A stretch of 64,000 bases of DNA, taken from NCBI GenBank assembly GCA_013265495.1, contig MU058221.1, positions 4,882,066 through 4,946,065 of the forward strand. Reading direction: 5' to 3'. This DNA comes from Vicugna vicugna. Lineage: Eukaryota. The notes beneath the pieces are model-generated. The model was given only the letters and a program-made list of their open reading frames with translations, was not told where the DNA came from and did not search any database. A program made the translations under genes and the position numbers. Each line of letters begins with the position of its first letter. The first letter of the stretch is position 1. Positions 12,912 to 24,459 of the stretch are shown piece after piece.

Positions 12912-14213
12912 CCGTCGGCCTAGTTCCTTTCAGCCTGTGAGATTTGACGAGCTAAGCGTTTTCCGTGGTAAGTGCATAAAAAAGATTTCTGATTCTTTTT
13001 TGAAAGAAAGAAATACAACCTTTCTCTTGAGTCATAACTGTTGTTAGATGCTGAATGAAAAAAGACAGTGCTCTGCTCCTCTAAACAGTTTTCTCCGACT
13101 TCTTTTTCGCTCTCAGAAGGTCTCGAGAGTTAAATTTTAACGGCTTCAAGTGTGTGGGGGAGTCGCGCCCTCCTGTCGAGGATGTCGCTGGTCAGGACGC
13201 AGCTCAGCAGGGCCTGGGAACAGCTCCAAGTGGGCCAGGAGTGGCACAGGGACACCAGCTGGGGAGAGGGTCAGGAGACCTCCTTGGGGGGTGGGAGGAG
13301 CGATGCAGAGCTGGGAGCCTGGCGTCGAGCCCTGAGGCTTCCGGTCTGCACAGCGCTCCCTTTGGTTGACTTTAGGACCTCGCTGTGCGAGCTGCCGGCT
13401 GAGTGACTGCTTGCCTGGCCCTCGGCCGTCTCAGCCTCAAGGTCAGACCTAGCTTGTTACCGTCCCCCCTCAAATGTGCTTCGGATCCCCATCCTGGTGA
13501 ACTTGCTCAGTTGTCCACACCGCCTTCTCCCTTGGCCCCCACAGCAGTGACTCCCAGCCTCCCCGGATCACTGTGTGGTTCATGCCGCTGCCACCTCCTT
13601 AGATGGCGCTTGTGTCTTGCCTAGACTACTCCAGTAGTTTGCAGCCAGTCTCCGATTTCTCCCCGACCCAACCTGCCCTTTCTACCACCGCCGTATCGCC
13701 ATCCGCACCCCTGCTGAGCCCGGCTGCTCCCCACCCCCTGGGACTGCAGAACCGTTGATGGCTTCCTGCGGCCCATGAGAAAAATCCCATTTCCTTGGCA
13801 TCAGCGCTTTCCTATCTGGACCCGTCCTGTCTGGCCAGAGTAAGGCCCTGCGAGGGGTCTTGGCCATCCCGATAGCTTCTGGGTATCCAGCTGCTAGAAG
13901 GGGTGTATTTGACAGGCTGATGGCTTGCCACAGGGCAGCCAACAGCGAGATTTGCTGACCCCTGTGAAGGGGGTGGAGGAGGAGGGTGATGGTGAGGTGT
14001 GGGGCAGAAGCCGTGCCAGGGAGCAGTGGAGAGAGCTGGGGAGAAGGGCCCCGGCATAAAGAGCTGATTTCTCCGAGCCTGACTAAGAAACCCCATTCCG
14101 TGCAGACCACCCTCACTGGGAAGACAGCTCAAGAGGCCTGGCTTCTGATGGTGCTCATGCTGGGGCCGCTCGGAATTTTGAAGGATGTCACAGTGTGCAA
14201 ATTTGGCTCTTTA

Positions 14214-14430
14214 TAAGGAAGAGCAACCCACGGGTCAGACTGTCCAAAGGTGGGGTAATTGCCCAGCATCAATAATAACAGTAATAATAATAATAGCTTA
14301 TTTTTTTCTGGGACACTTTACAGTTTGCAAAGCCTTTGCATGAGAGGTGGTGAGCCCTCCTTCTCTGGAGGGATGCAAATTCAGGAGGGGATGTTGTTGA
14401 GGTGATTCAGGCCCTTCTGAGAGTTAGACG
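14214..14430 (+). mobile_element. L3/CR1 3' fragment interrupted by a short MIR-like tail (about 14270-14340)
   Basis: 'ataaggaagagc...gtcagactgtccaaaggtgg' and 'gaggtggtgagccctccttctctggagg' resemble the CR1/L3 3' end. Confidence 0.5.
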
Positions 14431-14481
14431 GATCCAGATGGGTGTTTCCCAAATGTGTATCAGAATAACATGGGGGTGTTT

Positions 14482-14742
14482 ACAGATACAGAGAACAAAC
14501 TAGTGGTTACCAGTGGGGAACGGGACGTGGGGGAGGGACAGGATAGGGGTAGGGGATTAAGAGGTACAAGCTACTGCACATGAAATAAATAAGCTACCAG
14601 GGTATGTTGTGCAGCACGGGGAACATAGCCAATATTTCATACTAACTATAAATGGAGCATAACCTTTAAAAATTGTGAATCACTATGTTGTACACTTGAA
14701 ACTTATATAATACTGTGCAGCAACTACACCTCTAGAAGAAAG
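14482..14742 (+). mobile_element. Artiodactyl-type L1 3' UTR (5'-truncated)
   Basis: 'acagatacagagaacaaactagtggttaccagtgggga...gaatcactatgttgtacacttgaaact...caactacacctc'. Confidence 0.88.
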
Positions 14743-14800
14743 TTCACTGTGAAAAGGAAAATGAGTTATGTGGATGCTTCAAAAATATTCAGTATCTTGA

Positions 14801-14848
14801 GGGGGGGTGGGTATAGCTCAGTGGTAGAGCGCATGCTTAGCATGCATG
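14801..14848 (+). mobile_element. Vic-1-type SINE, 5' half only, followed by a (TA)-rich tract
   Basis: 'ggggtgggtatagctcagtggtagagcgcatgcttagcatgcatg' is a tRNA-Ala-like head with A box; the B box and tail are missing. Confidence 0.8.
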
Positions 14849-15207
14849 GTATAGATATATAATATATGTATATGTGAATATATATGAATATATATACCCA
14901 TACTTTTTTTCAAAATAGAGAAATCTGCAAAACTGAAATGTGTTTAATTAAGTCACTTCTAAACGTGAGGTCATCGCTGCCAGCCTGTTCCGTTACTGCT
15001 GACTCAGCTCCCCTTAGGTACGGGATCAAAAGGGTTGAGCTCTTCCCTGCACCATCCTTGTGAAGTTTTCCAGTTGCTCTTCCTCGGAGGTCACGGGAGC
15101 TGGAGGGTTCTGTGGTCCAGAGCTGCCCCTTGGCTCATAAGGATCTATGCTCCTTGCCTTGCACATTCTACGGAGGTGAGTGACCTCCCAAAGTGAGGCT
15201 GGAGGAC

Positions 15208-15425
15208 ATAATTATAGTAATAATAAGAGTAAGAGCCGGGCCCTGAGGAGTGTTTCCTGCACACCAGGCTCCGTTCCGAGTGTCTGTATTTATTCCCGCC
15301 TGGAATCTTTAGAGCCGCCCTGGGCTGTTAGTGCCTATTAGCCTTATCAGTCCTGTGTTGCAGGTGGGGAAACTGAGATGCTCTGAGGCTGCGTGATTTG
15401 CCCGACATCGTGCAGCCAGCAGATA
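15208..15425 (-). mobile_element. MIR SINE
   Basis: Core 'ttgcaggtggggaaactgagatgctctgagg...tgatttgcccgacatc..cagc'. Confidence 0.7.
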
Positions 15426-17150
15426 ACCAGCAGCTAGACTGCCTGTTTGCCTGCAGGTCTGACGCATGTGGTTCCCAGACCCAGCCCAAGTCCCAGCTTG
15501 CTCAGGGCTGCTGACAGACACGTCCCCCTTCCGCTGGACTGGGGCAGTCAACTGTTTCTCCTGATGGAAAAGGAGAAGAAGAGGCTGGTGGTTTCAGGTT
15601 TCATAAATTTCTGAGGCTGCCTGCCCTGTCACCCCACTTGGCTTGGGGCTTCTTGGGGGGAACTGGGGATGAGGCTTGCAAAAGAGAGAGGTGCTGTGAG
15701 CAGGGGCACCTGAGGGAGGGCTGGATCTCTCGGTGAGCAGACCTGCCTAACAGGAGTGGCCGGCAGGCGTTCGGGGTGGGGGAAGGGTGGAGGGCGCACA
15801 TTCCTCGTCCAGTTTGGTGCGTGGCCAAAAACCTACGTGTGAGAAGGTAAGCCACATCCTTTAAAATTGCCCAGGAAAGGCCCTGCTTTGGGTGGTAGCG
15901 GAGGTATGGGAGGTTTGCAGGGGTATGTGTGCTTCTATGCGAGGCCTGGGAAGTAAACAGCTCATCGGAAAAAAAGGATGGGTGGTGGGGAGACAGTTCA
16001 GCACAGCAAGGGAACCTCAGGCAGCTCCCGGAGCCCAGGGGAAGCGTTCTTTCTTGCGACTGAATAATTACAGAGGAGCAAGAGGCCGCTTGGAGGGGAA
16101 AGTCTGGGGCCATAGTGTGCCCCCAGGGAAGAAGACTAGTCTGTGTCTCTGAATCTAAAATCTAGGTTCACTGGTCCCGCAGGCACATGTACAGTACCAC
16201 CAGGGCGCTCACCTGGGGTCACTGTTCCCCCAAAACCTCACTCATCAGTCACTAAGCCGGCATTCGGTGAATGCCAATGTCGTGGTTGCTCCATGTCCGG
16301 TGCCAGGTCTTAGGGGTACGTGGGAGGCATGCAAAACACAGCCCCCATCCTTAAGAACTGTGTCTTAACGGGGAGACACAGACCTTTGTGTGAAGCAGTT
16401 AAATGGCTTGGGTGGACTCGGTGCCGTCTGAGGCCACTCTGAGAGCGTCAGACATAGAATATCTACGGACACAGGAGAAGGGAGAGCCAGCGGACTTGTG
16501 GGGGAGACCTCGAGGAGTAAGTGGGATTTCCTTTGGAGAGGAAAGGGAAAGATGGCGAGGAGACACCAGGTCCTCGAAACTGAACCCGCGTGGCACGGGT
16601 GGAAAGATGGCCATCCAGGCCCCTCAGCATGGCCTGGGACCTGGGACTGCAGAAACAGGGTCCCTGGTCCTCTCTGCAAACTCGGGCCCAGATGCAGGCT
16701 CTGGGCGCCCCTAACTGACAAGCAGGCAGGTGCTGGCCCGGGGTGCCAGGCCGGCAGGAGGGCTGGAGGGCGGCAGGAATGCGTTAACACCGGCAGCTGG
16801 CTGCTATCTGATCCTGGCCCGGCAGCGACTTCCGCTTCCCCCATTGTTAACATACCAGCCAGACTGTGACCGAATGAATGAGTGGGTAGAAAGGGGTCCT
16901 GTGCAGGCTCTCAGCGCCGAGATAAAATAACCCCAGCCTGCTTGTCCTGCCAGCCTTTGGCATTGGGAATCCCCAGGTGGGACATGGCCCCAGTGAGGAG
17001 ACAGACCTGAAGTCCGGTGATTATTATTTCAACTGGGACAGAATACCTGCTTTGCAAAATGGCTCCGCAAATGGCTTAACACAATGCAGCTTTATTCCTA
17101 TCTCCAGTGCAAGCTCAGATCTTTCCCTCTAAGGGCTCTGCCATCTTCTG

Positions 17151-17320
17151 CAGCAGTGGTTTCCCACCTTGAATGTGTAGCTCAGCCACCTGGGGGCTTA
17201 TTAAAACTCAGGTCGCTGAGCCCCACTCCCGCAGGAGTGGGCCTGAGAATTTGCATTCCTAACCAGTTCCAGCTGCTGCTGCTGCTGGTCCAAGGACCAC
17301 ACTTTGAAAACCACCTTTCT
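17151..17320. mobile_element. MER5A MITE
   Basis: 'cagtggtttccca...gggcctgagaatttgcattcctaaccagttcca...gctggtccaaggaccacactttgaaaaccac'. Confidence 0.85.
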
Positions 17321-19349
17321 AGGACTTCGTGGCTCTCCACTGAGGCTTGTGTATCCAGCCAGGAGATGGGGGATGAAAGAGAGCAGAGGTCAGTGCCAGT
17401 GGCTCCACTGAACTCCAAGAGTTCCTGAGAAATAGAGTCCCCTTGCCGGTCCCGGAGAAAGAGAAGGTGGCCTTGTTGCTGCCACAGTGAAAAAGGGCAG
17501 CCCAGGTCTTGACAGCACTGATCTCTGCCTGAATCACTAGGTTTCAAGTGCGCGGAGGAAATCAGCCAAGGCTTGCATGGACTCGTGGCGCAGAGGAGGC
17601 AAAACCTTCATGGAGCTCATTATCAAGTGTCCAACTTGTCCCACACCACGTGAGTCACCTGAGACTCAAGTTCCTAGGTTGGGTTCCTAGGTTGGGCACC
17701 CCTAGTCCAACTCTTACAGCTCAGCCCTAAGGGAGAATGCTGCAAACAGCACCAGATCGTCACACATGGTGGCCTTTGTTCTGAATGTCCCCAGTTCTTT
17801 CTTGGTGTCTGTTTTCATTTTTGTTGCCCGATGACTCAGAGCCTATGACCCTGCTTGCTTGCATAGGGCAAGGGGTGTCTTTTGGTCAGAACCTTAGCCA
17901 TAGTGAATGGGTTCATATCATGTGGTTCAGGCCTGATTTGGGGTAAAATCATTGGGTGAATCAGCAGGTCTTATATGCCTGCCTGTGCCAGAGGATTCAA
18001 GAGAACACGGCTCCAGGACATCTTCAGTGACCTTATCTGGCTGCAGAGGCCGGGGCAACCCAAATACAGACATTCCTCATTTTATTGCCCTTTGCAGATA
18101 CTATGTGGTTTTTTTTTTTTTAATGAATTGAACGTTTGTGGCCACCCTGCCTCCAGCAAATCTATTGGTGCCATTTTTTTCCAACAGCGTTTGCTCACTT
18201 CGGGTGTCTGTGTCACACTTTGGTAATTCTGGCAACGTTTCAAGCCTTTTCATTATTATTATGCCTGTTATGGTGATCTGTGATCAGTGATCTTTGATGT
18301 TATACTGTAATTATTTTGGGGCATCAGGAACCATGCTCATAGAAGACAGTAAGCTCAACAGACAGATACATGTATTCAGATTGCTCCATCAGTCAGTTGT
18401 TCCCCCATCTCTCTTCCTCTCCTTGGGCCTCCCTATTCCCTGAGACACAACAATATTGAAATTAGGCCAGTTAATAGCCCTACAGTGACCTCTGCACATT
18501 CAGGTGGGGAAAAAAAAATCACACATCTCTCACTTTAAATCAAAAAGTAGAAACGATGAAGTTTAGTGAGGAAGCCATGTCGAAAGCTAAGAGAGGCTGA
18601 AAACTAGACCCCTTGGACCGAACAGTTTGCCAGGTTGTGAATGCGAAGGAAAAACTCTTGAAGGAAGTTAGAAGTGTTACTGCAGTGAGCATGTGAATGA
18701 TAAGAAAGTAAAACCAGCCTTATTGCTGATACGGAGAAAGTTTGCGTGGTCTGGGTAGAAGATCAGACCAGCTACAACATTCTCTTGAGTCTGAGCTGGA
18801 TCCAGAGTAAGACCCCAGCTCTCTTTAATTCTATGCAAGTGGGGAGGTGAGGAAGCTGCCGAGTTTGAAGCTAGCAGAGAAGCCGTCCCCGTGACAGAAA
18901 AGTGCAAGGTGAAGCAGCAAGGGCTGGTGTACACGCTGCAGCAGGTTGACCAGAAGACCTAGCTGAGATCATCGATGGAAGTGGTTACGCCAAACGACAG
19001 ATTTTCAGTAGACAGAACAGCCTTATGTTGGAGGAAGATGCCATCTTGGCCTTCCGTGGCTGGAGAGAAGTCAATGCCTGGCTTCAACGCTTCGAAAGAC
19101 AGGCTGACTCTCTTGCTAGGGGCGAATGCAGCTGCTGGCTTTAAGTTGAAGCCAGTGTTCATTTACCGTTCTGAAAATCCTAGGGCCCTTCAGAATTATC
19201 CTCAACCTACTCTGCCTGTGCCCTGTAAGTGGAACAACAGAGCCTGCAGGACGGCACATCTGTTTGCAGCGTGGTTTACTGAATATCTGAAGCCCACTGT
19301 TGAAACCTACTGCTTAGGAAAGAAAGATTCCTTTCAAAAATTCCTCCTC

Positions 19350-19824
19350 TTTACTGTGTCAACTTTTTCTATAATACAGCTAAGCTTTAAGTATCAGTAA
19401 GATACCAATTTGGAAAAATACCGCATTATTTAATGCTCGTGTTTTTTAAGGATAAGCTAAGAGGTCCAACTTATTTTTATTTCAACGATCAACATATGTT
19501 CCTATATTAAGCAAAAGATTAACTTCATTTTTTTCCAGTAGAGCTTTAGTTTTTGTAAATCTTTAGTATTTTCTCCATCAAAATTCGAAGTGATTAAGAG
19601 AGAAGGGCTTACCTTCTTTTGGAGGTTTTTCTAATTTGCACCATGGCACCAGATAAGTAATGTCACTCTCTGGTCGATCAATAAGAGCCAAATTTGCAAT
19701 GAGAAATTGTTCCTGCCATTCCTTATCTTTGGCCAAAGCTTTCTGAACTTCAGTTCGATGAGCAAAATTGTCTATGGAAAGAAAAAGGAGTAAAAAAATA
19801 AAAATGTTAAATTAAAAAAAAAAA
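19350..19824 (+). mobile_element. L1-machinery-mediated insertion of non-repeat DNA (orphan transduction or retroposed antisense RNA)
   Basis: TSD aaaaat(t)cctcctc at 19336-19349 and 19820-19832; AATAAA at 19797-19802; A-run 19814-19824; splits the contiguous Tigger1 sequence 'ttcctttcaaaa...ctcattgacaatg'. Confidence 0.9.
19613..19771 (-). pseudogene. NIPSNAP3A: Single 159-nt internal coding exon copy of NIPSNAP3A/3B with intact acceptor and donor
   Basis: Minus strand: ctcctttttctttccatAG|ac aat ttt gct...cca aaa gaa g|GTaagc; translation (D)NFAHRTEVQKALAKDKEWQEQFLIANLALIDRPESDITYLVPWCKLEKPPKE(G) vs recalled human NIPSNAP3A DNFAHRTEVRKALAKDKEWQEQFLIPNLALIDKQESEITYLVPWCKLEKPPKEG. Confidence 0.93.
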
Positions 19825-20049
19825 TCCTCCTCATTGACAATGTACCTGGTCACTCAGGAGCTCTGATGAAGAGGTACAGTCAGACTGTTGCTGTTTTCAT
19901 GGCTGCTAACACAGCATCCAGTCCGCAGTCATTCTTAAGTCTTTGTCCTTTAAGAAATACATGTCATTAAGGCTGTAGCTGCCATAGATAGTGATTCCCC
20001 TGGTGGACCTGGGCAAAGTCAGCCCCTTCTGGAGGGGAGTCACCATTCT

Positions 20050-20150
20050 TTTATTTATTTATTTTTTTTAATGGAGGTACTGGGGATTGAACCCAGGACC
20101 TCGTGCATGCTAGGCATGTGCTCTACCCCTGAGCTATGTCCCTCACCCCC
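20050..20150 (-). mobile_element. Vic-1-type SINE nested in Tigger1
   Basis: 'atggaggtactggggattgaacccaggacctcgtgcatgctaggcatgtgctctacc.ctgagcta'; degraded TSD ggagtcaccattct / ggattcactatttt. Confidence 0.9.
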
Positions 20151-20554
20151 GGATTCACTATTTTAAATGCCATTAAGAACATTCATGATTCATGGGAAAA
20201 GGTCAAAATACCAACATGAACAGCAGTTGAGAAGTGGACTCCAACCCTCATGGATGACTTTGAGGGGGTCAAGACTTCAGGGGAGAAAGTAGCTGCAGAT
20301 GAGGTGCAAAGAGCAAGAGAACTAGCCTTACAAGTGGAGCCTGAAGCTGGGGCTGAACTGCTGCATCTCACAGTAAGACTTGAATGAAGAGCTGGTTCTC
20401 ATGGTTGAGCAAAGAAAGTTGTTCCTTGAGATACAACCTACTCCTGGTGAAGATGCTGTGAAGATTGTTCAAATGACAACAGAGGACTTGGACTATTTCA
20501 TAAACGTAGTTGATAAAGCCATGGCAGGGTTTGAGAGGACTGACCCCAGGTTTT

Positions 20555-20714
20555 AAAATTTTTTTATTTATTTTTAATTTTTTTTGGAGGGGGCGAGGTA
20601 ATTAGGTTTATTTATTTTATTTTATTTATTTTTAAATGGAAGCACCAGGGATTGAACCCACGACCTCGTGCATGCTAAGCATGCAGTCTACCACTTGAGC
20701 TATACCCTCCCCCT
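20555..20714 (-). mobile_element. Vic-1-type SINE, long form, nested in Tigger1
   Basis: tRNA-like head plus extra 'gaggtaattaggttta' segment; TSD ggactgaccccaggtttt / ggattgaccccagtttt. Confidence 0.9.
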
Positions 20715-23700
20715 GGATTGACCCCAGTTTTGAAAGAAGTTGTCCTGTGGGTAATGTCAAACAGCACTGCATGCTACAGAGAAATCATTCATGAAAGAGT
20801 CACTCGATGTGGCAAACTGCACTGTTGACTTATTTTAAGAAATTGCCACTGCCACCCCAGCCTTTAGCAGCCACCGCCCTGATCAGTCAGTCGCCATCAA
20901 CGTTAAGCCAAGGCCCTCCACCAGCAAAAAGATAACGACTTGCTGAAGGCTCAAAGACAGAGTTCTTCAGCAATAAAGCATTTTTGAATTAAGGTATATA
21001 CTTTGGTTTTGGGGGGACACATGCTGTTGCACACTTAGCAGACTACAGTATAGTAGAAACATAACTTTTATATGCACTGGGAAACCAAAAAATTCGTGTG
21101 ACTTACTTTATTACAGTATTCGCTTTATTGCAGTGTTCTAGAACCAAACCCACAGTATCTCGGAGGTGTGCCTGGGAAACGAGTGAGGGCCCAGACAGGG
21201 CTGCGTGTGTCCAGTGTTCGAGCCAGGGAGCCCAGCTCAGGGCAGAGAATGGCCCTGACAACTCGGTCCTGCTCAGCCCACTTCTGGAGCTTTCGGCTTA
21301 GTTCTGGGAGCTGCGGTCTCAGTGGGCCTTAGACAAAGCAGTGATTTCGAAGGGTCTGTAGGGGGCCCTGGCCTGGGGAAGATGGAAGGTGATGGGCTGG
21401 TTGGCCATCATGATCTTTGTAACGTTGGGCTGTGGTCATGGGAACAGAGCGGACGTAACGGGCAGTTCCTGGGGAGAGCGAGGCAGAGTGAGGGGCATCT
21501 TTCGTTGACTCAGGGCGTGGAAGGGGAATTTGTGAACCATCGTGGTAGCCTGAAGGCAGCACAGCACACTACTGCTTTGCACTACACCAGGACTGCTCAC
21601 ATGGAGCAGGGCAAATCCCATATTCAGGCGATGACTTTGGGAGAGCAGCTGTACTGGAAGAAAACAAAGTGTCTGTGGAAGGAAGAAACCTGAAAGAACC
21701 TTTTTTGGTGGAGCCGGTCTTCGGCCAGGCTGTGACAGCCAGGCAGGATCTGGATGGACCGAAGGAGAGGGTTTCGCAATGTAGACATGCATCAAACCAT
21801 CAGCTTGTACCACTTGCACCGTATGTCAGTTGTATCTCAGCAAAGCTGGAGGAAAATGAGGAGGGAAGGCCTTCCAGCCAGCAGACGTGCACCGAGGGTG
21901 GGGTCCGCAGGAGAGGGCGCGAGGCACGGGCTGGGCAGGCCTTGACAGCAGGGAAGAGGTGCTGGACCAGGCCTGGCGGGGACTGCGTTCTGGAAAGTGG
22001 AGTCTGTCTGAGGATTGTGGGATCTTCCACAGTGAAGGTGACGCGGAGGCGGCTTGAGAAGTTTGGTGACGAGTGTCCAGATGGGGTTTTGGGGGAGAGT
22101 GAAAGGGACAGTGGGCGAATTTAAGAGCCAGCTTGTGCGGATGAGGTCTGTAGTCCTTGGTAGTTCTAGCATTTTCACGATGGCGATTATGAAGAGGCCT
22201 CCCTGCGCCTCCAGCCCTGAGAGCGTGAAGGTGGGAGGCCATGGTGCTTCCCTGCGGAGCTGGGTGCGGGATAATCTCATCAGCCCGCCCCCTTCGTGGC
22301 CCATCCTTGCCACGTGGAAGGTCAAGGCTGCAGGACTTGAACGCTCTCCCAGTGGATGCCGCTGTGCTTGGCCTGAGAGGGTGGCCCCCCGATGCTCCCT
22401 GCCCACGCTGGGGTGGGGGGGAGCCAGGCGGGCTCTCAGTGCCTACTTCCCTCTGAGCGCCCAGTCCTGACCTTTGCTGTTCGATTCAGCCACGAGCCCT
22501 GTTATGGCCAGGTGGCGGGGCAAGAGGGTCAGGGACTCTCCCGTGGGTCCTGCCTTCTGATCCCCACAGCACCTCTGCAGGGCAGGAACTCTGAGCATCT
22601 CAGAGAGGCCCATCCCAAGGTGTCACAGTGAAGTGGACTGACAGGTCTGCCTGGGTCTCAGTTCTCTGACTTCACATCTGGAGTTTGTTCCAGCGTTGAG
22701 CATCTTTCAGGGCCCTGGATGAAGAATTTCACATTCCTTAAGAATGCGGCTGCCTGGGCGGGACTGAGACTCCTGGGAAATCATCTGTAGGCGCGTGTGC
22801 ACTCGGATGAGAAGGGAATTCGTAATAGCCAGCCTGCACCGAGGGCCGGGCCTGCCTGTTGACTCGTGAATTCGCATCTCGGCATTTTGGAGACGAGGCC
22901 ACTGAGGCACAGAAAGCCTCAGTGGGTTGCCCAGCCCCGAGCAGGAGCTGGACCTTAGAGCCCCCGCCCTTAAGCTCAGGGCAGCCGGGCCTCCCAGACG
23001 CTCGCTTGGCTCCGAGCGGCCTCTGAAGCTCTGGAGAGGGTTGGCCTGTCTGTGCCTGCGGGCTTTCTCCGGAGGCTGCCTTGAGTCAGGAATGACTGGG
23101 TCTCAGCCTGAGATGCCACCTGCTCTGAGGTGGTGGCTGCTCGCTGCCCCCGGTGGGTTTCTGTGACTGACTGGTGGAGAGGAGGATGATCAGAACTGGG
23201 AGGGCCCTCAATGTGCCGTGGCCCACGCTGGCTGCGGCCCTGACTCTGGGTCTCTCTGCGTGCTCTGCTGCCTCACTTGAACTTGAAGGGCATGTCCTCT
23301 GAACAGCCTCCCGAGGCGATAAGGGTTTACCTGCTGGTCAGGAGAGAATACAGGGTCCCATGCAGAGTGGCCTGTTAAAGCGACGGTGGCTCCTCCTTGC
23401 CCTCAGGGGGCGCCGTTGAGACTTGAAGCCTCCTCTCTGAACATTCTTCCCACATGGATGGAAACAGTGAGCAGCGGCAGCCACAGATCTCATGGACCAC
23501 GTTCCCCGGATTAACTTTCTCATCACTGTTGTTTTTATATGCTTATTCCTCAAGTTAGCTGTATGACACAAATTTATAGTTTGGTAAATATGATTACATG
23601 ACCATATGGCTTTTATCATGCCTTCTGACTTGGCCTAGGTGAAATTTTTGTTTCTACAAAGTATTAAGAGTTAAAAGCCCTTGATTGTTTTTGATTCTCT

Positions 23701-24459
23701 GGAAGTCAGTGATAATGCCCACTGTAGCTGTCACTAGAATTCTCCAAGAATAAGTTCCCAAAGAGGCATTTGCCTAAGCAGTGCCATTAAACATCCACGT
23801 AAAGAAATAATAAACTCAAGAAGGAAAATGCTAGATAGATAATAAATACATCTTCCGTACTGTCAATCCTGTTTGGAATATAAATTCTTTGTTTTGTGCT
23901 AGATTTGTGCTCTGCTAAGGAGGGAACCTTAGTCCCACCCCCCCTCCTCCTCTTACACCTCTACACACACTCTCCTCTTCTTGGCGTGTACGGTGGTGGG
24001 TACCGCGTGTGGCTGTCTGCTCGTGTTGGGGGGGTGTAGTTTGGTGAAAACCCATCATCAGCACCATAACCGCCAGTGATGCTGAAACCAGATGGGGATC
24101 TTGGAAGAAGTGACTGTGGCTTTGTCAAGAAGGTGGAACTTGTCAGAACGTCATCTTTTTCCTCTGACTCCTTTTCACCTTCCTCCGTTCTCCTTAGTGC
24201 TCAGTGCCTATTTAATTTTACTTCCTTTTAGAGCCTCCTCTCAGCTGTGAGCTGGAGAGCTTGTGATACTCTAATTCACCCCAAGATTTAAAGTTCATAT
24301 CTTATCTCCCAAAGGAATTTTGTGGATGAGCCTCTAAGCCAAAGGTATGACTGTGTAATAGTGGAATTTCAGTCATTTGGGACAGACCAGAGGAGAGGAT
24401 GTAGTACGAGGCACTTCCTGGTGTTCTGTGAATAACAGAGCTCAGCTATCTCCATGTTT

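Larger units (their letters stand above)
18540..20420 (+). pseudogene. Tigger1 transposase remnant (TIGD1-like, CENP-B-type HTH + DDE_1), frameshifted and interrupted; boundaries approximate
   Basis: ORF 18975-19400 gives [49 protein letters not shown]; resumes as LIDNVPGH after the 19350-19824 insert. Confidence 0.9.
18067..21174 (+). mobile_element. Essentially full-length Tigger1 (TcMar-Tigger/pogo) DNA transposon, degenerate, with three nested insertions
   Basis: Left TIR 'ta|cagacattcctcattttattgc', right TIR 'atctcggaggtgtgcctg', and continuous similarity to Tigger1 across the interior. Confidence 0.95.

Noticed and set aside
14801..14848. tRNA-Ala gene (also the other tRNA-like heads)
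   Set aside because: These are SINE heads; the others have A-rich tails and TSDs, and this one lacks the 3' half
17647..17695. Overlapping E-box/AP-1 (cacgtgagtca) and a 13-bp tandem duplication (gttcctaggttgg x2)
   Set aside because: Short motifs that cannot be distinguished from chance or slippage without data
18975..19400. Possible TIGD1-like domesticated gene
   Set aside because: Fragment of a frameshifted, insertion-disrupted Tigger1 that still has its TIRs
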